DNA of 64,000 nucleotides from Veleropilina oligotropha (Eukaryota): NCBI GenBank assembly GCA_048128005.1, contig JBEUKZ010000092.1, positions 1 to 64,000 of the forward strand, read 5' to 3'. Shown piece by piece: positions 29,801 to 39,232 of this stretch (position 1 is its first letter; each line of letters starts with the position of its first letter). The notes under the pieces were generated by a model. It saw only the letters and a program-made list of their open reading frames with translations, ran no database searches and was not told where the DNA came from. The position numbers and the translations under genes were made by a program.

Positions 29801-30116
29801 GCCTCTTAACAACAGATTTAACTGTTCCCAAAACCCCAGGAAATAATTTCATACTGTGGATGTGTTCATTCTACTTTCGTGGCGAAATATATTATGTTAC
29901 CTGTTAGATCCAGATAATGGGTATCAATTCAGTATGCCATTATGAATTATCACGAACTGGTAGATTGTTGTCGGTACCGACACGACGATTCACTATGTGC
30001 GGCAATTTAATCTCTGCGTGCATGAGGAACAAAGGTGTTTTTGAAAATTATACATAAAAACAAGCAAAGTCTCATTATCTCCCCTTACAGGTATAAATTG
30101 AATGGAGTTGGTAGTT

Positions 30117-30850
30117 TCAATATTGTTTTCCATCCGGCTCTCCATGGAGAATGTTAATAATGCCGAAATCGATCAAGTGAATTTGTAAGTTAAAGTGTAC
30201 ACCAGTGGGTTCATCTTTATTGACCATGGTATACCAAGCATGTTCCCTCAAGCGCTGTTTGAATTCTCTTAAAATCGGCGAGGTAGGCGACATTACAGAT
30301 TTTGCAATTTCCAATCTTGCGTTTCCGAAATGACTTTTACCGTGTGTGCCTTTGAAGCGCGATGAATTGAAGAATCAAATGCAGTTTTGCAATTAGGTTT
30401 CAAATATGATTTGATGACCGCGATTATCAGAGGGATTATCGGTGGCTTTTCCATTGTAGAGCGTGTAGTATTGATTACACAGACGTGGTCTATGTTTTTG
30501 GTTTTAAGGAAAATTTTGAGTGGATTGGATTTGTATTTGTAACATCTGAAAATGTCTTTTCGTGTTTGGGTTTGATTTGAGCGTGCAGTTCCGACAGATG
30601 CGAGGGAACTGACCATATGACCTGACAGTGTGCTCTTCTGTCTGTGAGGGTGTGAAGAATCGTAGTGCAGATAAGCATGGGTACTTGTCTTTAGATTTTG
30701 TGTATAAGTCGAGTAATAGTGTATCCGCCAGTTTATTTAAGAGTATTAACACGTCTTTATGATGGTTATATATTTTCTGATTCAGTCATGGCATTCGGTC
30801 TGTCGTGAATCCTCTAGGTTATATTTCACTAGACAAAATACAAATAATAT
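30117..30850 (-). mobile_element. Decayed Penelope-like retroelement (RT thumb and GIY-YIG endonuclease remnants)
   Basis: DV.I....L.LDLYTKSKDKY..L and SYGQFPRICRNC resemble the PLE RT thumb (DLY.KPTD..YL; PYSQFLR.RRIC). CKICNVAYL / REFKQRLREH...PTGVHFNL..H..DF.I.IL resembles the PLE GIY-YIG domain. Multiple frameshifts. Confidence 0.65.
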
Positions 30851-30858
30851 TTCTGCTA

Positions 30859-31243
30859 GGGGGGACTAGGGCTTTTTGAACTCGGTTATTTGGGCCAGGA
30901 AGGCTCCCAGCGGGTGTTCCGGTAGGGTGGGGCTTGTATTACAAAAGTCGCCGTGTGCACAGCGCTGTCCGAAACTAGGGTAGCTTAGAACAGTCTATTT
31001 GGGCCGCGGAGGCTCCCGCCACCGTCTGGAACGCGAGTTGACAGTAACTGTTATCTCCCGTCGATGACTACACTAGGGCGTTTTAGCATACTCCAGGGAG
31101 GGGGTCCCGGCGGCCGGGGTGGCTCCCAGCGCCGTCCGAAACTAGGGTAGCTTAGAATAGTCTATTTGGGCCGCGGCGGCTCCCCACGCCCGTTTGAACA
31201 GAGCTGGTAGTACGAGCCCTTAGGGACGGCCCGTTACCCTCGC
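30859..31243 (+). repeat. Left terminal inverted repeat (385 bp)
   Basis: GGGGGGACTAGG...CCGTTACCCTCGC is the reverse complement of 43066-43450, with about 6 mismatches by eye. It contains an internal about 57-bp direct repeat (30961-31017 and 31128-31184). Confidence 0.95.
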
Positions 31244-31290
31244 TGGCTCGGGCTCGATATATTAGTGTCATAATCTATTTAGAGACTAGA

Positions 31291-31590
31291 ATGTCCATGC
31301 TATACGCCATGTGGGGAACGAATGTATGCCCTTGGTTGACAGTTAATGCCGTTGGGGTTTGTGGTCGTAGCTGCGTCAACGAATTTTGCAATGCCCATCG
31401 ACGGCAAATTCGGATGGGTAGAACATCACCCCCGCCATGTAAGAGATGTGGTGGGGGCACGAAATCGGCCGTTCTGGTGTGTAGATCATGTGGAGGTCAT
31501 CGTGCCGCCCAGGCTCTCATAAACACTGAAAACAGAGCTCGCCGTCTCTACGGCAAAGTATTGCGCGAGTTGCAGTCGCGCGCGACTTAA
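31291..31590 (+). CDS. Cys-rich putative zinc-finger protein (99 aa), viral
   Basis: C-x10-C-x3-C-x4-C-x2-H followed by CxxC...CxxC, then a basic helical tail. First ORF after the left TIR. Confidence 0.65.
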   Translation: MSMLYAMWGTNVCPWLTVNAVGVCGRSCVNEFCNAHRRQIRMGRTSPPPCKRCGGGTKSAVLVCRSCGGHRAAQALINTENRARRLYGKVLRELQSRAT

Positions 31591-31639
31591 AAAATTTCCA
31601 ATTATAGACTTGTGTCGTAGGGTCATATCGCAATACGTC

Positions 31640-33560
31640 ATGCCTCTCATCAGAGAACTACGGAATTTAGCGAAAGATTACGGGCTTCCCGATCTGTCGA
31701 AGCTCAAGAAAAACGACCTCATCAGGGCAGTGGCCGGGGTCCGTGCTGCCGAGTTTCGGAGGAGACTCGAGCGGGCGATGAAGACGGGAAGATTCCCCTC
31801 CATTCGTGGAGATGTGGAGAACCCCCACAAAAGAGGTCGTCGCGCTCGCGAATTGCTGCAGCTTAAGGACGAGGTCGAGGTGGCCCTCAAGGTCCGTAAA
31901 TACACCACCCAGGCTGAGAAAAAGCCCGGGCTACGACAGAAGCCACTTCGTCACATCACGGATCGAATCGTCAAGCCACACCTGCACGGTCTGACTAGGT
32001 CTCGGAAAGAGACCTTTGCCCGGGCAATAGCTGGGGTCCGTCCCGACATTCTGAGAGATCACCTAACCGCGGATGACTATTATTCCCTTCTCGTCGACGG
32101 TGTCGCAGTCCTGTTCCCCGATGGGGCTTATATTAAGAAGGGCGCCGACGTCGTTCGTAAAGAAATTACCGAGGCTGTTGATGGTCGTAGATTCAACTTC
32201 CAGGCTGTTGTAAGGGGGCCTGACATCACAGACGAAGGCACGGTGTATTGGGTATCGTGCGAAAAGCGGGATCTTCGGGTGACGCTGGGCATGGCCTCGG
32301 AGGTGTTGGAACTTCTAGACCCCGACACACAATACAAGTTGTTCACGGTAGTAGGTAAATCGGCCAAGGAGCCTCTTGCCCAAGTGACAGAGGAAGTGGG
32401 TGTCTCTGAGCAGCACATTAAGGGGAAGGGGGTGGTTCGCGGAGACCAGGTCAGCGCCGCGGCTCTTCACGGCATTGACCAGCATGCGTGGGAGAAGGGG
32501 CGAGAGTATCTCGTCTATGTTAGGTATGAGCTGCGTCCGCTTCCGGAGCAGCAAGGAGAACCGGGGCCAATGCTAGCCCCTCAAGAAGATGGAGAGTTTG
32601 TGAACTGCTTCGTTCGCTGTGTGGTGGACCACTTCCAGAACCAAATGACGAAGCCGGACATGGGTTAACAAGGAGCCGCAGACAGATTCTTGAGCAGTTC
32701 GACCGGAAGCTTGCAGAAACGGGCTGCACACGCGAGGATATGTTCTCCATCGAAGCGGCTCTCAAAGTCAAGCTTGTTGCCGTCGACGCGTTAGGAAACA
32801 CTCTATGGGACAGCGGTAAATACAAGGGCCGGCCCAAGATTCGGGTGCCGTGTCATAACAACCACGCATGGGCAAGCATCCCGACCGATCCGCCCAAGAT
32901 CTTACAGGTTTACAGTCTCGACGACATCGCAGAACAGGCCCTTACGTCTGCGGCCCAGAAGACCACTGCGGCCCCAAAGACCACTGCGGCCCAGAAGACC
33001 ATGGACCAAAATACAAGAGAGGTTCTGATCGCATTTGCCTCCAGGGCCATCCCATCGACGGTCCGGGTCTGGGTATGTGGACAGGCTCTCGTGGGTAGCG
33101 ATGGTTCCCTGTGGAGGTCGAGGGCCGAGGATATGGCTATTGACCGCGCTTTCGAGGACGAGACGCACTGGCATCCTTCCGAGATTCCCGAAGAACTTGA
33201 GAAGCTTGAAGAGGAGTACCACCGAGCTTCCCACTCCATGGGTGGCGCCACGTCTTACCGGTTCCAAAAGTGGTTGGCCTGCGAGGAGATCAAGCCAACG
33301 CCAGAAAACCACCGGGACACCTGGAGAGCGGCTCAGGTTGAGGCCAAGGTTTGGAATTCTGATGACGAGGCCGCAGGCACGAGTGTTCATTACCATCTCG
33401 ACATGCGCGCAGCATACCTTGGCTGCGAAGACTCCCTTTGTGGCGGGGTTGGAGAATCCATAGATCTAGTGCGCCAGTATGGGTTCCCGACGAGTATGAT
33501 GCGTCGAGCGAACGTCGAGGGTGTGTCCATAAGAGATATCCTCACCCTGGCAATTCAGCT
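31640..33560 (+). pseudogene. Frameshifted, 3'-truncated replication protein, probably a divergent protein-primed family B DNA polymerase
   Basis: ORFs 31610-32668 and 32740-33678 join across a frameshift near 32650. N-terminal Rho-N/HeH-like motif LRNLAKDYGL...KLKKNDLI, then NCFVRCV, then HLDMRAAY...YGFP resembling PolB motif A. It ends at the junction with the antisense integrase. Confidence 0.55.
32950..33000 (+). repeat. In-frame 18-bp tandem repeat (AAQKTT/AAPKTT/AAQKT)
   Basis: GCGGCCC(A/C)(G/A)AAGACCACT repeated about three times. Confidence 0.85.
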
Positions 33561-33807
33561 GGTGGATCACACCGGGCCTGTCCTCTGTGAAACGGGCAAA
33601 GACTTCTCTAGGGGGTTTCGTCTGCATGTACCGACCAACCTCCTGTGTCGAGATCCACTCCCGGATTCTTTGTATTGAGGCTGCGCCTTTTGGAAGCCTT
33701 GAGTGCAGAGCTGAGACGCCCTGGAACCCCCCATCTGCGTAGTAGTACTTGCGGAGGGTTTCGTCGAGTGCTTTAGCCGTCAGGGGCTTTTGTCTCTTCT
33801 CTGCCAT
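33555..33807 (-). pseudogene. N-terminal fragment of a Polinton-type retroviral-like integrase
   Basis: LRKYYYADGGFQGVSALHSRL...IREWISTQEVGRYMQTKPPREVFARF...PGVIHQ matches the Polinton integrase N-terminus (YY...G...L...V..WL..Q......KP....F......Q-x-D). It breaks off just before the first catalytic Asp. Confidence 0.75.
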
Positions 33808-34063
33808 CGAGACTTGCGAGGTATTCCAGCAACTTGATCAGTCTCCAACAGGCTTCAGCTTCCGCCTCCGGAAGCTGCCCAGTCGTCGCCCGTATGTTGG
33901 TCGGGCCCGAGAGCACCATGACTGCGAACCGCACCATAGTCTTTTCGTTGCGCCACCAGCAGTCGAGTGACGTAGTACCAAGGGGTGGGCCGGGGATTTT
34001 GTGCCTTTGAGCGGCAAGGCCCACCTCCTGCATAGCGGAGTACAGCTCTTCTGGGAGCCCCAT
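33773..34063 (-). CDS. Hypothetical viral protein (96 aa)
   Basis: ATG-started ORF that tiles between the 149-aa gene and the integrase in the minus-strand gene block. No recognisable motif. Confidence 0.45.
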   Translation of the reverse strand: MGLPEELYSAMQEVGLAAQRHKIPGPPLGTTSLDCWWRNEKTMVRFAVMVLSGPTNIRATTGQLPEAEAEACWRLIKLLEYLASLDGREETKAPDG

Positions 34064-34097
34064 TATATGTGCGCACGAAAAAAATGTCCACTGGAAC

Positions 34098-34547
34098 TTA
34101 GGGTAGGAGCTTGTAGGCTACCAACCCGGTCGCAGCCATCCCCAGGATGACGAAGGTGATCTCTCGCTTTTTTTGGTCGTCGCTCGGCATGTAGTAGTCA
34201 GACAGCTGGGGCTCAGGGCCACCCCCCAAACCGGGGTCAAGGTGCTTGCCGGTGATCAATGAATACTCACGGATCGCGGCGTCAACATCCCGGAAAGTGC
34301 CAACGGCATGACCCTGGCGGCGAAGTTCGACATTAAGCCAGTCGAGACGCTCTGCCCTCTTTTGGGACCATTTAGTCTGAGCGGCCTGGAGCTGCTCTAC
34401 GGCTTGGTCGTGGCGTTTACGCTCCTCATCAACACCTGAGCTGCGTAGCTTCGAGAACAGGAAGTTTGACCCGCTGAAGGCAAGGGCGTTGACAAGAGCG
34501 CCCCCAACCAGCATCGCTACGGAAGCCATTGTCATGCAGTGCTGCAT
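34098..34547 (-). CDS. Viral membrane/coiled-coil protein (about 143-149 aa)
   Basis: Hydrophobic N-terminus MASVAMLVGGALVNALAF, charged helix EERKRHDQAVEQLQAAQ, C-terminal TM ITFVILGMAATGLVAY. Tight tiling with its neighbours. Confidence 0.8.
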   Translation of the reverse strand: MQHCMTMASVAMLVGGALVNALAFSGSNFLFSKLRSSGVDEERKRHDQAVEQLQAAQTKWSQKRAERLDWLNVELRRQGHAVGTFRDVDAAIREYSLITGKHLDPGLGGGPEPQLSDYYMPSDDQKKREITFVILGMAATGLVAYKLLP

Positions 34548-34549
34548 CT

Positions 34550-34789
34550 CTACTTCAATATGTCGGCTGGAATGAGGCCTTGCTTGATCAGCAGATCCTT
34601 CGTCGCCATGGCGAGCGCTACGTCGAGGACAACCATCCCAACATCATAACCCGTGAAGTCAAGTTTGGGGCTTTGTCCCTTGAAGGCCATCTTTACCAGG
34701 CGTGAGTAGCCAATGGCAAGGCCCGACACTATTGCCGAATGATAGACGGCGTTGCCGAGCATCTTTCCATCGGTAATTGGGGTAGTCAT
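34550..34789 (-). CDS. Small hydrophobic viral protein (79 aa)
   Basis: Two hydrophobic/amphipathic segments (AIVSGLAIGY; VGMVVLDVALAMA). Ends 2 bp before the next ORF. Confidence 0.75.
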   Translation of the reverse strand: MTTPITDGKMLGNAVYHSAIVSGLAIGYSRLVKMAFKGQSPKLDFTGYDVGMVVLDVALAMATKDLLIKQGLIPADILK

Positions 34790-34818
34790 GCCGTAGTTGT
34801 GACAGTTTGCTACTGCTA

Positions 34819-35315
34819 CTATCGCATATGAAAAGGGTTGTGCTTAGTCTCCAATTCGATGGTCCCCCGGGGGGGAGCCGGCTGCCTGGCGTCCGCGACC
34901 TGCGGTACGCAGGGCTGTTGATGTGGTGTGGATACACCACTGCTGCGTTTCCAGACAACAAATAACAGCGCAACCCCGCCCGCGGCGAAGAGTCCATGGG
35001 TCCACTTAAATGGGTCCAATTTCCGTGTATGTGACACTGCGCGCCCGCCACGCGAAAGTCGTTTTCGACCGCGGTCACCTCGGCCGGGGCACCACTGTGT
35101 GGCTGTGCCTCCGGTAGTTCTGACGGAACCGTCCGGGTGTCTTCCTTAAGTTTTCGAACCTCAGCAAGTAGCCTCTCCTGTTTGGCTTTCCTCGCAGCAG
35201 CACCGGCCCGACCTGCAGCCACCTTTTTAGGGTCCTTCCCCGAGGAAGAAGTCACCCTCTCTATCGTCTCTATCGGCTGGCTCGCTACAATTTGGTCCAT
35301 GTCCCGCGTTGTCAT
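34819..35315 (-). pseudogene. Frameshifted viral protein with a basic helix and one TM segment
   Basis: MTTRDM...KDPKKVAAGRAGAAARKAKQERLLAEVRKLKE is in one frame. WTHGLFAAGGVALLFVVW...HNPFHMR is in another frame that ends just before the 79-aa gene. Frameshift inferred around 35040-35090. Confidence 0.6.
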
Positions 35316-35979
35316 CTTGACCTCTCTCTATCTTGGGCGGGCAAACATGTCCAAATCGGCAGTGTCTAGCCGTGGTCAACGCTGCGGTCAACGGTGCTAG
35401 ATACATTCCGTAGTGGTGATACAGCTCACAGCTTGCAGTTCACAGCGCATGTGGGATGAAAGGGTCGGCCTCCAGGTCGGCGACCAATCGTGGTTGGTTT
35501 TCTGGTGGGATGGGCAAGAACATCCCCGCTGCACCCGCGTAGAGATGAATAGCTGCAGTCCCCAGGGTTTTCGTCATTTCGGCACCGAGCTTCGCTTCGT
35601 ACCTTGCGTGGTGTCTGTCAACCTCTTCGTCGGTCATGTCGTCGATCCGGTCAACCGTGAGGTTGCACCCCAAGTATTTGGGGGCCTGTCCTCCAACGGC
35701 TAATGCTGCAATCCTCTCCCGCTTTTTTGCCGTTCCTACGGAACTGGCGAAGCTACTGTTACTGACAGGTTCCTCGCCATCGGTCGTCGAGCGGTGGCCG
35801 GTGACGGTCGTTTCTTGTTCGTCCTCCATGAGTTGGTCGAGAAGGCTGTCCATCCTTAAGCGTTTCCAACACCGCCTCGCCGGTCTAATATAACCGTACA
35901 GCCAGTACCACAATGTAGCGAGTAGCAGCAACATAAGGCTCTGGCTGCAAGCAAAGACTATGTATACAGCGTCCGACAT
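35226..35979 (-). pseudogene. Viral protein with an N-terminal TM segment and an apparent premature stop
   Basis: The 179-aa ORF stops at TGA 35440-35442. The same frame then continues with protein-like sequence (TASCELYHHYGMYLAPLTAALTTARHCRF...) to a TAA near 35226. Confidence 0.6.
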
Positions 35980-36021
35980 GCGGGAGCTTGCTCAGTAGAT
36001 GCCTAGCTAGCTGAGTAGATG

Positions 36022-36653
36022 CTATAGCACACTATAAGCAACGGGCTGATCAGTTTTTAACAGCAGCTTGGCGTAAGTAGCCTCTGCCAACAGCCGGCGC
36101 ACCGCGGTTCTCTCATCCTGCGACGGGATTACGTCATTCTCGCGGAGACAGTCTTCAAAACTGTCTCGGTCCTTGCAGTGAAACAGCGCGACCCAGCGGG
36201 TCTGCTCGCGGAGCTCCTTCAAGACCGAGTTGTATTTTTGTGTCACCACCCACACACTCTGTTCGGCATGCCTCCCGCTAAAGGCCAACTCAGTCAGCAT
36301 GTCCCTTCTCTTGGCTAGGGCCTTGCTGGCGGCGCAGTCGTCGATGATGTATAGGGTTGATTCCCCCTGGAACAGCCGGTAGAACCCCCGCAACCAATCG
36401 TGGAGGCGCTCACCGGGGGGATTATATACACCTCCGGGTCAGTCCAGATCCACGGACAGGACTGGTATGCTTGGTTGTACTTGATCGTGGGGCAGAGGAT
36501 TACGATGTGCCGGAACACGCCTCGATAGACTCCTTTCAGCAGTTCAAGCATGAAAACCGTCTTCCCACACCCAGTCTGGCCGCAAATGATTGCGGAGTGG
36601 GGGTCCGTGGTGTGCGGGAACCGTCTAGTACAGCGCTGCGACGAAGCGTCCAT
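36022..36653 (-). pseudogene. A32-like (FtsK-HerA superfamily) genome-packaging ATPase, frameshifted
   Basis: Walker A IICGQTGCGKT, Walker B LYIIDD, SGRH arginine motif and VVTQ motif. The halves join with a 1-bp shift in the G6 run at 36415-36420 (YII.PGERLHDWL). Confidence 0.92.
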
Positions 36654-37928
36654 TCTCGATGTTCAGCTGTGCATCCATGATTACGTACAGGTAAACGTTC
36701 AACGGGCCGGCTGCTTCACCCGTCTTAGTGATCTGGATGGTGATACCCTCGCTGGCGTTCTCTACCCTCCGGCCTGACCCGTGCAGCTGGTCGTCGTCGG
36801 TTACCCGCATGTCTATCCAGAGTGCGTATTTTTTGGTCAAGAACTCGCCCAGGGTGACGTCTGCCAGAGCCAACTCCTTGGCCACCAGCGCCACCTCAGG
36901 ATGCCGCTTGCTGATCGGGTTGGAGGCGAACAGTTTCCCGGCTTCGTCCCACATCTGGTATGCGCGCATGCCCTGGCTGTAGAGTTGGTTCGGGACACCC
37001 TCAATGGTGACCTCGACCTTTGTGATCTTCGGATTGTAGAAGGCCTCGGTGTCCCTCGCGAATGGTGCGGCGTCTCTCGCGGGGTCCTCAAACAGCAGTA
37101 GGATGCCTTTCATCGACCTCGCCGGTACGTTCAGGTTCAGGTTCCACAGCGTGTCGCTCTTGTCTCGGGTGAGCTTACGATGCCGGAGCACACGGTCGTA
37201 GAGGATGGCGAGGCGGCCCGAGATTGGTTGCGTATCAGCCTGGCCAGGTCTGCCTGGGTGACCATGTCGTATTCCAGGCTGATATTGTCGATGCTATAGC
37301 TGGAACCGGGGTCATCCGTGTCCCTGATCGTCCGAGAATGGTCGTTGAACGTGAGTTCGTACTCAAGTCGGTCCCCCAACGCACTCTGATAGTAGGGCAT
37401 GTGGCTTTCTAGCAATTCGAAGTCCAGCGGGGTGCGAAACCTGGGACCGTAAGCAACCGAGATGGCCACGTCCTCAGTAACTCTGAAGGCGTCCGCCGCA
37501 CCAACACGATGCTTCGTAGTGTTTTGTCCATCGCTGGTATCAATCCCCTGGTAGTGGGTGCTACTGCGTTCCTGGGGTGTCTTCCAGAGGTCGCAGTAGC
37601 AGTGATACACGTCGGAATCGTCGATAGACATGATCTCGTTTCCACTGATCTTTATCGTGGTCTTCTTGATCACGGCGCCGCCAATGTTCTGAACTACGGT
37701 TCTGTTTGGGTTAGCCGAGTTCAGAGAGATGGTAAATGCCAAGTGTGCAGTCCCTGGAACGATCACGTCATGAGCCCCAAGATTAGGGAAACGAACCAAC
37801 AGCTGCTGGTTGGCGGCGATTGTGGATGGGTTGTTGGTTATGGTAACCGACTGGCGAATGCCCTTGACCCCAAGGGGCTCTCGAAGCCTGCGGTATGGAT
37901 CGAGCTTGCGTCCGTACAGGCTGGCCAT
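36625..37928 (-). pseudogene. Major capsid protein (putative double jelly-roll, about 434 aa), frameshifted
   Basis: Size, beta-strand pattern and position directly upstream of the packaging ATPase fit an MCP, as do motifs such as LLVRFP, IKKTTIKISGNEIMSID, FRTPLDF, LEYELTFN and YVIMDAQLNI. One missing base at about 37222 restores IRNQYSGRLAILYDRVLRHRK. Confidence 0.8.
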
Positions 37929-37966
37929 GTTCGTTTTAGATGCGTACCCAGGCGGTTGTATTCAAC

Positions 37967-39232
37967 ATGGCGGAATTCGAGAACCCCGCGTTCGAGCCCG
38001 ACATCATCGTCGATGATGATGTGGTTCCTTCCACTGACTGGATTGTGCCTCTGGCGCCACAGGAAGGAACCAGCGGTCTGCGGCAAGAGCTCGTTCAAAC
38101 AGCGGTTGATGACTACTACAACGCCCTGTCGAAGGAGGGGCAAACCCCCGCCACGGGGCGTGACTATTCCAGGTTCGACTACGTGGATGGGCGATTGCAG
38201 ATGAAGGCCTATCCCCACATCGATCTCATCAATTCTAGCACCGGGAAACCCAAGTCTTTGGCAACCATAGCTGGCCGGTGTGGTGGGGGTGGTGCCATCA
38301 GAGATGGGTTGGGTTTTGTAGACTGGAAGCGGGGGGGGGGACAAAAGCCGTCCTCAAAAGTCGTTGCAGGTCTTCAGACAGCCAACAATGAGTTGAGCGG
38401 TGCGGCCGCCAATGTAGACAACGTAGAACTGCGGGACTTGGGGCGAACCGCTCAAGATGCGTCATTAGCAATCCACAAAATGGAGACGACTTTCACAGAT
38501 GCCGAGGTTGACGAGATCTTGGGCACGATGGGGGACCCTCCATTAAATCTTCGTGAGCTACTCGGGCTTGACAAGGCGATGCAGACAATCCGAGGCGAGC
38601 TAACCAACAACTTAGCCAAACTATCGGCGCTTGACGAACACATAGCTTTGGAGAAAAGGAAGCTCGATCAGGCAGATGAAGGAGGTGTGGAAGAGTTTGT
38701 TCGTCGACGAATCGCGGAATGCTTGCGCGGCTTAAATGACGAACGAGCAGCCAGACTAGAGGCAGCCTCGTCAAGCCGGGATGCCCTGCGCTCTCAAATC
38801 AGCAGGATCCGAGAAATGATTAGTCGAATTCTCCACTCAGACACGACACTGGCCGAGCGCATCCGTACCCTGTTTCGCGAGCAGGGGGTCACGGTCGTGA
38901 CCATACTCACCGCGATTGGGTTGGCTATCTCGACCCTGGTACTAGCCCTAACAGGCGGAGCGCCGAGCATCTCACCACCACCGCCTTCCAGTGGTCAAGG
39001 GATAAAGGAGTGGGTAAAAAAGCACCTGCAAACCCTGGGTCGGATTCTGGGCAAACTAGCAGGGAAGGCGGCTGCCGCACTCCCAGGAATACTTGGAAGC
39101 CTGCTTTCCTGGCTTATCAACCTGGTTAGCAAAACAGCGTCGTGTCTTGCTGAAAACCTGTGGGCTGTGATTATATCTGTTGGGGGCTTGCTTCTTATGG
39201 CCGCTAGCCGGTGGGTGAAGCAAGCCAAATAA
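37967..39232 (+). CDS. Viral coiled-coil protein with C-terminal hydrophobic/amphipathic membrane helices (about 421 aa)
   Basis: Intact ORF, likely start MAEFENPAF at 37967. Long heptad region, TM VTVVTILTAIGLAISTLVLAL, Pro linker, amphipathic helices, terminal TM LWAVIISVGGLLLMAA. Confidence 0.85.
   Translation: MAEFENPAFEPDIIVDDDVVPSTDWIVPLAPQEGTSGLRQELVQTAVDDYYNALSKEGQTPATGRDYSRFDYVDGRLQMKAYPHIDLINSSTGKPKSLATIAGRCGGGGAIRDGLGFVDWKRGGGQKPSSKVVAGLQTANNELSGAAANVDNVELRDLGRTAQDASLAIHKMETTFTDAEVDEILGTMGDPPLNLRELLGLDKAMQTIRGELTNNLAKLSALDEHIALEKRKLDQADEGGVEEFVRRRIAECLRGLNDERAARLEAASSSRDALRSQISRIREMISRILHSDTTLAERIRTLFREQGVTVVTILTAIGLAISTLVLALTGGAPSISPPPPSSGQGIKEWVKKHLQTLGRILGKLAGKAAAALPGILGSLLSWLINLVSKTASCLAENLWAVIISVGGLLLMAASRWVKQAK

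Noticed and set aside
33560..33678. C-terminal extension of the pol-like ORF, and the reciprocal tail of the integrase ORF (33466-33555)
   Set aside because: Each is antisense read-through into the opposite gene past the inferred deletion junction.
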